DNA of 57,239 bases, the filler included, from Jimgerdemannia flammicorona (taxonomy: Eukaryota): the NCBI GenBank assembly GCA_003990765.1. It is 3 parts of 3 records of this genome, joined end to end, with 100 filler letters (N's around TTAATTAATTAA, not from the genome) between each part and the next. Parts side by side here need not be neighbours in the genome. Positions count along the whole stretch, not along the records: positions 38,234 to 57,239 come from RBNJ01002052.1; 2 more parts are not named here. One strand, written 5' to 3'. The position numbers were made by a program, and so were the translations under genes. The notes below the pieces were generated by a model. The model was not told where the DNA came from, did no database searches, and saw nothing but the letters and a program-made list of their open reading frames with translations. Shown one piece after another: positions 47,201 through 57,239 of this stretch. Positions within the stretch are counted from its first letter, which is position 1; every line of letters begins with the position of its first letter.

Positions 47201-49880
47201 CATGAGGGTTTGTCTGTGGGTGTCCATTGGATGAGATTGAAAGAGACTGCAAAGGTCTATTGGGGAGGAGCTGGTAGAGAAGCTAGGAGGCAGAGGAGGA
47301 AGTACATGAGGTGTGCTTCCAGCAGGCTGAGGAGACTGCAAATGGATTGGGTGGATTTGATTACTTCTGATGGGGTGGAGGATTGGAGAATAGAGCAGGT
47401 GAAATTGGAGATAGTGGAACTGCAACATGTGTTGAGAGAGGAGGAGGAGACTCATATATGAGGAATGGCTGCCAGGCTATGGTAGCAGGGGCTTGAGGAG
47501 GGTGAGTGGCCTACTAGGTGCTTGTCAAGACTCCTCAAAGCTGGGAGGATATGACATCAGTGGGATGGGGTCTTAGATACCAAGAGAGATATGGTGCATG
47601 GCACACAACAAATCTAGGGATTTTGAAGGAGAGTTAGCAGGGTTTGTGGAGTGAGGGAGAAGGGGGTGCTGATGAGGAGGCAATTGAAGATACACTAGAG
47701 GAGTGGGGGCCACCACAAGTAGTAGGACTGGGTGACTTGATCCTACTGGTGCAAAGAGAGGAGATCCAGAGTGTCCTTGTGGCAACTAGCTTGGAATGGT
47801 GCCAGGGGAGGATGGGCTACCATGGAACTTCTGGAAGAAGATGGTAAAGGTCCCTGAAGTTTTGGGTGAGATGGCTGCTCTCTGTGACCATGTTCTTCAG
47901 AGTGGTGAGTGGGTTGGAGAGCAGGACCTCAGGCTGGTGGCCTTATTGTACAAAGACAAGGGGAGGAGGGAAGACTGGAAGAATTGGAGACTGATCATGC
48001 TTCTTAATATGGACAGGAAGGTGGTGACTAAGGTGATTGTCACAAGGCTGCAGAAAGTTGCCCAACAGGTGCTGGGGGAGGAGCAGTGGGGCTTTGTTGG
48101 GGGCAGACTTATAAGGGATGGGACTGCATGGGTGCATGGTGTCATTGATGGGCCCAGGCTTGTGGACTGAATGGAAGGTTGGTCTTTTTGGACCAGGAGA
48201 AGGCCTATGACTGTGTATGGCAGATTGGGCTGGGCAAGGTGTTGGATCAAATTGGTGTTCCCTCAAGATTTCAGGCTTCTATGTTGAAGCTACTAGAGAG
48301 AAGTCAGGCAGCACTGATGTGTAATGGTCACTGAGGTCTGGTGTTCTCCTTGGGAAGAGGAGTTTCTCAGGGGGACCTTCTGTCCCCTAATCTCTATGCC
48401 CTTTCATTAGAGCCTTTGATGGATAGAATTTGCTGGAATGTTGCAGGGCTCTCTATATATGGTATAGTGTGGAAGGTGGGGGCCTTTGCTGATGACATAG
48501 TGGTTGGACTTGGGTCTGTGGCAGATGTTAAAGCACTTAAGGGGACAGTGGAATGGTATAAGGCTCACTCTGGGGTGAAGCTCAACTGGCATAAGTGTGA
48601 GACAATGGTGCTAGGGAATGGATTAGTGGGTGGGGACATCATTGGAACAATTGTCCCTACTGGCAAGGTAGTGCAGTATCTGGGCATCTTCCTTTCTGTA
48701 TATGGTTCTGTCTTACCACAAGTGTAGTGGGAGAGCAGGGTGACTATTTGGGGGGAGGCCCTTTGAGGTTGGGGAGGCTACCATATCTCTCCGGCAGGGC
48801 AGGTGTCAATTCTGAATGTCTACTGGTTCCCCAAGCTATAGTATGTCACCTATCACCTAGACTTCCCAGCTTGGGTGGTAAAGAGGCTGACGAAGGTGGC
48901 TAGAGATTGGATTTGGGCAGAGAGGAGGTCCCAGATCAGTTGGGATACTCTTGCAACACCAGTGGTCAGGGGAGGTCTTGGTCTTGTGGATTTCCCTAAG
49001 AGGTTGCACTGCTTGTGAGCCTGGTGGTTGAAGAGAGCTGCTGAACTACAGGGAGGGGGTTGGGTGCCACTGCTGCAGAAGGTGTGGGAGATGAGAACCT
49101 CCCCTTGAGGGTCCTCAGGATATCTGCTCACTTTGGTGAGGCTGAATGGAAATCAGTGGCTGCAGTTTAAGGGCTTTTGGTGGGGGGTGGTAAATGGAGC
49201 ATACCAAATTGGCCTGTGCTGGCAAGGCAATGAGGGGGAGGTGATGTGGGGACCTGATATGTGGTGATGGAATAGACTGCTCCTGGGGGGTACTTCACTT
49301 GCTGAGTTTGATATTGGGGATAGAGTGGAGTATAAGCAGGGTCTTGGTCAGGATCTTTGGCCAAGTGGCAGGCAGGTGGCAGGGATTGGTGAGGAGTGGA
49401 ACTGGGCAGATATCTGGTCTTAGAGTACTGAGGTGCAGAGGTGGCTTCCTCCCAAGTTCTGGGTGGTATGGTGGCGAATGCTGTGGAGGAATGTCATATT
49501 GAATTTCTGCACTGGGCATCTGGTGGATGGTGGCCATTTTGATTGTGAGGAGTGTTACAATGTAGGGCAAGCTGGGGGACTTGTGCAGACACCAGAACAT
49601 TGGCTGGGAGAGTGTGAGGTTTTGGGGGACTTTTGGGTAGAAATAGGGAATAGACTGGGTGTGGAGCAAAGGCCATTGAGTGAGGGAGACCACTGGGAGG
49701 ACTTGAGATCTTGGCTAGTGGGTGATGTAAGTGATAGTTGGCTCACTGTAGGGTGGGTGTTAGCAGTGTGGGTGGGCCTGGCTGGACATTGGCTTTTTGT
49801 ATTCGAGGAGGGGCAGCAGATGGGGCAATTGGAGAAGGTATTATGGTGGGAGGAGCTGTTGGGGGATCTGCTAACTGGGG
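44225..49880 (+). mobile_element. LINE copy B: 5' UTR, ORF1 (44322-46349), ORF2 APE-RT-zinc knuckle (from 46381), lacking the extreme 3' end
   Basis: VQLSVKGVP...YGDVVDV...IRTGD; IFSLNVNGL, RIDWI, SDH; PGEDGLP, NWRLIMLLNMD.K, FLDQEKAYD, QGDLLSP, AFADD, GGLGL, CEEC...TPEHWLGEC. Confidence 0.92.
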
Positions 49881-52800
49881 TCCAGTGGTGAGAGGTTGAG
49901 CAGCAGAGGATGAGCTGATGAGAGGCACTCAGCAGATACACTTTGGAGTTCCTGATATAACAAAAGGAGGACAGGTGGTGGCAGTTGGTGACGATGAGCT
50001 GGTGGATGTCCCAGAGAAGGGGTGGGATGAGACTACCAGTGTAGGGGCTGATACCATGATGCTGGATGCAGAAAGGCTGGAGATGCCTGGAGGGAAGGAG
50101 GTGGGGAACCTGCTGTGCATGAGCAAGATGATGGATAACTTTGTAGCTGAGGAATTGGGAGAAGTAGACCTGCAAGTGATGAGTGAGGAGCATTGGGTGT
50201 GAATTCTGCATGATAATGGGGTAGTAGAGGCACTGAAGGCAGAGATACTTGCGATTTTTCTGGGAGGAGGGTTATGAGGTTGATAAGGAAAGGGTGGCTA
50301 AGCTGGCAGTCATTGCTGGTGAGTGAGCTGCCTACTGTTGGGCAGAGCATCATGGTTTGCAACTCTGGCAGGAGGCATGTCTGAAGTATTGTGAGGACTT
50401 CAAGGAAAAAGAGAATGGGGAGATGGCTGAAATTCTGGTCAGACTGGAGGCATGGGAGGCAGAAGAGAAGGTACTGGCTGCTGGACAAGACCTGGACTTG
50501 ACACAGGAGGAGTTGAATGTGGACTTGTAGAGGATGAGACTGATAATTAACATTATTCCTTATGAATAGTACAACTAACATTTTCTCTCTGAATGTGAAT
50601 GGGTTAAGGGGACCTGAGCAGCATAAGAACATTTTTACTTAGCTTAAGGGATTGGAAGCTGATCTCTTTTTACTGCAGGATGTACCATGTGATAATGAGA
50701 AGGATCAGATAGAGTGGACTAGATAATGGGAAGGAGCTACTGCTTGGATTGGCAATGTGGCAAATCTGGTGAGGAGGGGTAGAGGAGATTTGGATGGAGT
50801 CAGGAGCTCAGGGGACCCTTTGGTCTGGGGAGAATGGCATTGACCTGGGTGGGAACCATTGAGGGTTGGCTCCTACTACTGCTCTATAGCTAGGAGTGAG
50901 TGGATTGAGTGAGTTAGGAATCTTTTGGAGGAGGGTATTCTTTTGGAGAAAGGAGTGGATGTTCTAGGAGGTGACTTTAATATGGTTTGGAATCCACAGT
51001 TAGATAGGACTGATGGAGGGAGGAGTGCAGGTGGGAGGAGTGGTGGTCTGGATGCCTGGGAGGAGGTGGAGAACCTTAGCTCCTTGGGAGATATAGGCAG
51101 AACACAGTGGGGTGAAAGAGAGTTTATATGTACTGGGTGAATGGACTGAACACAAGGATTAACTGAATTCTGACTGCCGAATGCTAGGGTATAGATGTTT
51201 GGAGGTTTCTGAAGGTGGAGTAGTGCCTGTAGTCTGATGACTGGGCTCTTAGGGCAGGGGCAGTTTGGGGAGAGTGGAGATAGACTCAGACATTAGTACC
51301 TTAACTCCTCCCTGCTGGCTGAGAAGGTGTTGTGAGACCCATGGGTGGAGGACATCCAAGTGAAGATGACTAGCTGGATACATGAAGGTTCACCTGTAGG
51401 TGTTTGTTGGATGAGGTTGAAGAAGGCTATAAGGGTTTATTGGAGAGAAGCTGGTAGGGAGATTGGGTGGCAGAGAAGGAATAGAGTAAGGTGTGCTTCT
51501 AATAGGCTGCTTCAATTACAGATGGAGTGGACTGATTTGATTTCTTCCAAAGAGGTGGGGGATTGAAGGTTAGAGAGAGCAAAATTGGAGATAGTGGAGC
51601 TGCAACAGATATTGAGAGAAGAGAAAGAGAGTTTCATAAAAGGAATAGCTACCAGACTGAGGTGGCAGGGGCTTGAGGAAGGGGAGAGGCCTACTAGGTA
51701 CTTGTCAAGACTTCTCCAAGCTAGGAGAGTATGACATTGATGGGATGAGATCCTTGATGCCAAAGGGGAAATGGTGCATGGTATGCAACCGATCTTGGGA
51801 GTACTGAAGGAGGGGTGGAGGGGACTGTAGAGTGAGAAGAAAGGGGGTGCAGATGAGGAGGAAATTGGTGACACACTAGAGGAGTGGGAACCACCACTGG
51901 TGGAGGGCTTTGAAGACTTGATACTACCAGTCTGAGAGAAGGAGGTCCAGGGAGTCCTGGCATGACTAAGCTTAGAACAGCACCAGGAGAGGATGGACTA
52001 CCTTTGGACTTTTGGAAGAAGATGGTGAAGGTCCCTGGAGTGTTAGAAGAGATGACTGCCCTCTGTGACCATGTTCTTCTGAATGGCAGGTGGGTTGGTG
52101 AGCAGGACTTAGGGCTGGTGGCCCTGTTGTATAAAGGCAAGGGAAGGAGGGAGGATTGGAAGAACTGGAGGCCAATCATGCTTCTGGATATGGACAGGAA
52201 GATGGTGACCAAGGTGATTGTTGTGAGGCTACAGTATGTTACCCAACAGGTGCTGGGTGAGGAGCAGTGGGGTTTTGTTGGAGGCAGGCTTATCAGAGAT
52301 GGGACTGCCTGGGTTCATGGCATTATTGAAGGAGTAAGAGCTTGTGGATTGGATGGGAGACTGGTTTTTTTGGACCAGGAAAAGGCCTATGACCCCATTT
52401 GATCAGTGTGGCTAGGCAAGGTGCTGGATAGAATTGAAGTTCCCCCACAATTTCGAGCTTCTATATTGAGTCTGTTGGAGGGAAGTACAGCAGTACTGAC
52501 ATGTAATGGTCACCTGGGTCTGGCATTCCCCTTGGGTAGAGGAGTTCCTCATGGGTACTCACTGTCTCCTATCCTCTATACCCTTTCATTAGAACCTTTG
52601 ATAGATAGGATATGGCAGAAGGTGGCAGGGCTCTCTGTGTATGATGTAGTGTGGAAGGTGGGGGCCTTTGTAGATGATATTGTAGTTGGACTTGGCTCAG
52701 TGGTGGATGTAGAGATACTTCAGGAGACAGTGGAATAGTATGAGGTGCACTCTGGGGCAAAACTCAACTGGCATAAGTGTGAGACAATGGTGTTGGGGAA

Positions 52801-54190
52801 CAGATTAGTGGGAGGGGATGTCATTGGAACAATTGTCCCTACAGGAGAGGTGGTGAGGTATCTGAGCATCTTCCTCACTATATATGGTTCTGTCTTGCTA
52901 CAGTTGTGGTGGGAGAGGAGGGTGGCCATTTGGAGAGAGGCTCTTAGAGGTTGGGGAGGTCACCACATCTCCTTAGTAGATCAGGTATTGATCCTGAATA
53001 TCTACTGGTTCTCCAAGCTATAGTATGTTGCATATTATTTGGACTTTCCAGCTTAGGTGGTGAAGAGACTGATGAAACTGGCTAGAGACGGGATTTGGGC
53101 AGAGAGGTGGTCCCAGATTGGTTGGGACACTCTTGCAATACCAGTGGTTCAGAGAGGGCTAGGCCTAGTGGATTTTCCTAAGTAGCTATATTGTCTGCAA
53201 GCTTGGTGGTTGAAAAGGGCTATTGAATTGCAGGGAGGGGGTTGGGTACCTCTGATGTAGAAGATGTGGGAGATGAGATTCTCCCTGCAAGGGTTCTCAG
53301 GAGATTTGCTATCTCTGGTGGGTCTGGATGGAAGCCAACGACTATGGTATAAGGGTTTCTAGTAGGGGGTGGTGGATGGAGCACAATGAATATGCCTGCA
53401 CTGGCAGAGCAATGAGGGAGAGATACTGTGGGGTCCAGCTATGTGGCAATGAGACTGACTACTTTTGGGGGATGTGCCACTTGCTGAGTTTGATATTGGT
53501 GAAGGAGTGGAATGTCAGTAGGGACTTGGTCAGGATCTGTGGCCAAGTAGTTGGCAGGCAGTGAGGATTGGTGAGGAGTGGGACTGGGCAGAAGTCTGGG
53601 CATGGAGTGCTGAAGTGCAGAGGTGGCTTCCTCCCAAGTTCTGGATAGTATGATGGCAGATGCTGCCTAGGAATGTCATGTTGAATTTCCATGCTGGACA
53701 TCTGATGGATGGTTGTTGATTAGATTTTGAGGAGTGTTATAATGTTGGGCAAGTTGGGGGTTTTGTGGAGACACCAGAACATTGGCTGGGAGAGTGTGAG
53801 GTTCTGGGGGACTTTTGGATAGTAGTAGGGACCTGGTTGGGTGTGAAGAAGAGGCCAGATAGAGAGAGAGGTCGCTGGGAGGATCTGAAATCTCACTTGG
53901 TGGGAGGTGTGGACAATGGATGGCTCACTATAGGGTGGGTTTTAGCTATATGAGTAGGGCTAGCTGGACATTGGCTCTTGTTTTTGAGGAGGGGTGGCAG
54001 ATGGGTATATAGGAGAAGTTGTTGAGATGAGAGGAGTTGTTGGGAGATCTGTTGACCAAGTGGTGAATTGGTTGGGGTCTCCAGGGTGGGCAACATTGCC
54101 ATTTAGTGGAAGGGTTCTGTGAACAGAGTGGTGGGTGGGTAGTGATGGTGATTGACAAAGTGGTCTTTCATTGAGAAGGGGTGGGGGGTG
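49881..54190 (+). mobile_element. LINE copy C: begins in the ORF1 C-terminus, near-full ORF2 (from 50562), no poly(A)
   Basis: Collinear with 45697-49880 and with 54195-57135; same APE, RT and zinc-knuckle motifs with many stops. Confidence 0.9.
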
Positions 54191-57100
54191 GGAGTTATTG
54201 GGGCAGAGACAGTTTGGGGGAAGTGGAGATGGACCCAGACATTGGCACCTTAACTCCTTCCTGCTGGCTGAGAAGGGATTGTGGGACCCATGAGTGGCAG
54301 ATGTCCTAGTGAAGATTGCCACCTGAATACAGGAGGGATCATCTGTGGATGTCCGGTGGATGAGGTTGAAGGAGGACACAAGGATTTATTGGGGAGGAGC
54401 TGGTAGGGAGGCTGGGAGGCTGTGAAGGAAGCGAGTATGGTGTGCTTCTAATAGGTTAATTAGATTACAGATGGAGTGGACCAAGTTGCTTCGTTTGGAA
54501 GGAGTGGAGGATTGGAGGTTGGAGTGGGCGAAATTGGAGGTAATGGAGCTGCAACAAGTATTGTGAGAAGAGGAGGAGATTTGCATGAACAGTATGGCAG
54601 CCAGGCTGCGATGGCAGGGACTTGAGGAAGGGGAGTGGCCCTCTAGGTACCTGTCAAGGCTCCTCCAAGCTAGGAGGGTGTGCCATCATTGGGATTGGGT
54701 CTTGGATACTGAGGGAGATATGGTGCATAGCACACAGCAGATCTTGGGAGTACTAAGGAAAATTGGAGAGGTCTGTGGAGTGAGGAGGAAGGGGGTGCTG
54801 ATGAGGAGGCAATTGAAGATATATTAGAGAAGTGGGAGCCACCAAAAGTAGACAGATTGGGTGATTTGATCTTACCAGTCCAAGAGGAGGAGATCCAGAG
54901 AGTCCTTGCAGTGACTAAACTGGAGATAGTACCAGGAGAGGATGGGTTACCTTGGGACTTCTGAAAGAAGATGGCAAAGGTTTCTGGAGTGTTAGGAGAG
55001 ATGGCTGCCCTCTGTGACCATGTTCTTCTGATTGGCAAGTGGGTTGGTGAACAGGACTTAGGGCTAGTAGCCTTATTGTACAAGGATAAGGGGAGGAGGG
55101 AGGACTGGAAGAACTGGAGGCCAATCATGCTTATGGACATGGACAGGAAGCTGGTGACTAAGGTGATTGTTGTGAGGCTACAGAGGGTTGCCCAACAGAT
55201 TCTGGGTGAAGAGCAGCATGGCTTTGTAGGAGGCAGACTTATCAGGGATGGGACTGCCTGGGTGCAGAGCATCATTGAGGGGGCCTGGACTTGTGGACTG
55301 GATGGTAGACTGGTCTTTTTGGACCAGGAGAAGGCCTATGACTATGTTCAGTGGGTATGGCTTGGCAAGGTGCTGGATAGAATTGGTGTTCCCCCAAGGT
55401 TTTGGGCTGCTATGCTGAATTTGTTGGAGGGCAGTAGGGCAGCACTGTTGTGTAATGGTCACCAGGGTCTGGCATTTCCCTTGGGAAGAGGAGTTCCTCA
55501 GGGAGATCCACTGTCTCCTATCCTTTATGCCCTTTCTTTGGAACCTTTGATGGATAGGATACATCAGAGGGTAGTAAGGCTCTCTGTATATGGTGTGGTG
55601 TGGAAGGTGGGGGCATTTGTGGATGATATGGTGGTTGGACTGGGATCAGTAGAGGACATTGAGGCACTCAAGGAGACAGTGAAATAGTATGAGGCACACT
55701 CTGGGGCAAAACTCAACTGGTATAAGTGTGAGACAATGGTGTTAGGGAATGGGCTGGTGGGAGGGGATGTCATTGGAACAATTGTCCCCACAGGAGAGGT
55801 GGTGCACTATTTGGGCATCTTTCTTTCTGTATATAGATCTGTCCTGCCACGAGTGTGGTGGGAGAGGAGAGTGGCCATTTGGGGGGAGGCTCTTTGGGGT
55901 TGGGGGGGTCACTACATCTCTTTGGCAGGGCAGGTGTCGATTCTGAATGTTTACTGGTTCCCCAAGCTATGGTATGTGGCCTATCACTTGGACTGCCCAG
56001 CTTGGGTGGTAAAGAGACTGACAAAATTAGCTAGAGACTGGATTTGGGCAGGGAGGAGGTCCCAGATCGGTTGGGATACTCTTGCAACACTGGTGGTTAG
56101 GGGAGGACTGGGCCTTGTGGATTTCCCTAAGCAGCTGCACTGCCTGCAAGCATGGTGGTTGAAAAGGACTATTGAACTGCAGGGAGAAGGGTGTGTGCCA
56201 CTGCTGCAGAAGGTGTGGGAGATGAGGTTCTCCCCTCAGGGGTCCTCAGGAGATTTGCTCTCTCTGGTGGGCCTGACTGGGAGCCAACGACTATGGCATA
56301 AGGGCTTCTGGTGAGGGGTGGTGAATGGAGCACACCAGATAGGACTGCACTGGCGAGGCAATAAGGGAGAGGTGCTGGGGGGTCCGACTATGTGGCGGTG
56401 GGACAGACTCCTTCTGGGGGGTGTTTTTCTTGCTGAGTTTGATATTAGTGATGGAGTGAAGTATCAGCAGAGCCTTGGTCAGGATCTTTGGCCAAGTAGT
56501 TGGCAGGCTATAGGGATTGGTGAGGAGTGGGACTGGGCAGGAGTCTGGTCATGGAGTGCTGAGGTGCGGCAGTGGCTTCCTCCTAAGTTCTGGGTAATAT
56601 GGTAGTGGATGCTGAGGAAGAATATCATGTTGAATTTCCATGCTGGGCATCTTATAGAGAGTGGCCATTTTGATTGTGAGGAGTGTTATAATGTAGGGCA
56701 AGTTGGGGGATTTGTGCAAATGCCTGAACATTGGCTGAGTGAGTGTGAGGTTCTGGGGGACTTTTGGATAGCAGTAGGGGATAGGCTGGGTGTGGCGAGG
56801 AGGCCAGATGGAGAGAGGGGTCACTGGGAGGATTTGAAATCTTGGCTAGTGGGTGGTGTGGGCAATGGTTGGCTCACTGTAGGGTGGGTCTTAGTGGTGT
56901 GGGTAGGGTTGGCTGGACATTGGCTCTTTGTTTTCAAGGAGGGCAGCAGATGGGTGTATAGGAGAAGTTGTTAAGGTGGGAAGGGTTGATGGGGGATCTG
57001 CTGACTGGGTGGTGGGTGGGTTGGGGTCCCCAGGGTGGTAAATGTCATTACCTGGTAGAGGGAATCTGCAGACAGAGTGGAGGGCAGGTGGAGATGGTGT

Positions 57101-57239
57101 TGGATAAGGTGGTCTTTCATCAAGTAGAGGTGGGAGGAGGGGGCCCCCCTAGGGGGATTGGATAGGGTTGAGCATTGTGTATTATTTAGATGATAGACAG
57201 TATTAATAAAGAGAGAAGTCTGAGTGACTATAAAAAAAA
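54191..57239 (+). mobile_element. LINE copy D: 5'-truncated at the end of APE, with RT, zinc knuckle, 3' UTR, AATAAA and poly(A)
   Basis: NWRPIMLMDMD.K, FLDQEKAYD, QGDPLSP, AFVDD, GGLGL; ends attaataaa...gactataaaaaaaa. Confidence 0.92.

Noticed and set aside
44681..56824. Long Pro/Ser/His-rich antisense ORFs in the LINEs
   Set aside because: Shadow frames produced by the G-rich strand bias; not conserved as intact ORFs between copies.

Overview
Eukaryotic, fungal sequence (gene content and intron style suggest an early-diverging fungus such as Mucoromycota; inference only). The window is three contigs of 19,019, 19,014 and 19,006 bp joined by artificial 100-bp N-TTAATTAATTAA-N linkers, so nothing should be read across the joins. 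Contig 1 (1-19019) is gene-dense and CpG-rich, with head-to-head pairs of housekeeping genes: PFD1/LSG1, QCR9/UBR7, CCDC137-like/MRPL36 and a SET methyltransferase/Dicer-like first exon. It also holds a decayed, RT-less gag-protease retroelement (~9.6-15.35 kb) inside one divergent promoter. Contig 2 (19120-38133) is a stack of Ty3/Gypsy elements. A host element (LTR-gag-PR-dUTPase-RT-RH-IN) is interrupted by a complete 10.6-kb chromovirus (2,063-bp LTRs, ATCAA TSD, gag-dUTPase-PR-RT-RH-IN-CHD) and by a third LTR. Contig 3 (38234-57239) has a hypermutated LINE end, a foldback hAT-like MITE, a hypermutated extra copy of the chromovirus LTR, and four same-orientation L1/Tx1-like LINEs. Main discovery candidate: three different LTR elements each carry a homologous uncharacterised accessory ORF in or next to their long LTR (motif [YF]x[IV]GxxL...Ax6Fx6I). 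Two of them also carry a dUTPase, at different positions, next to a shared CPHG-x-CxxC module, giving a complex-retrovirus-like gene set.
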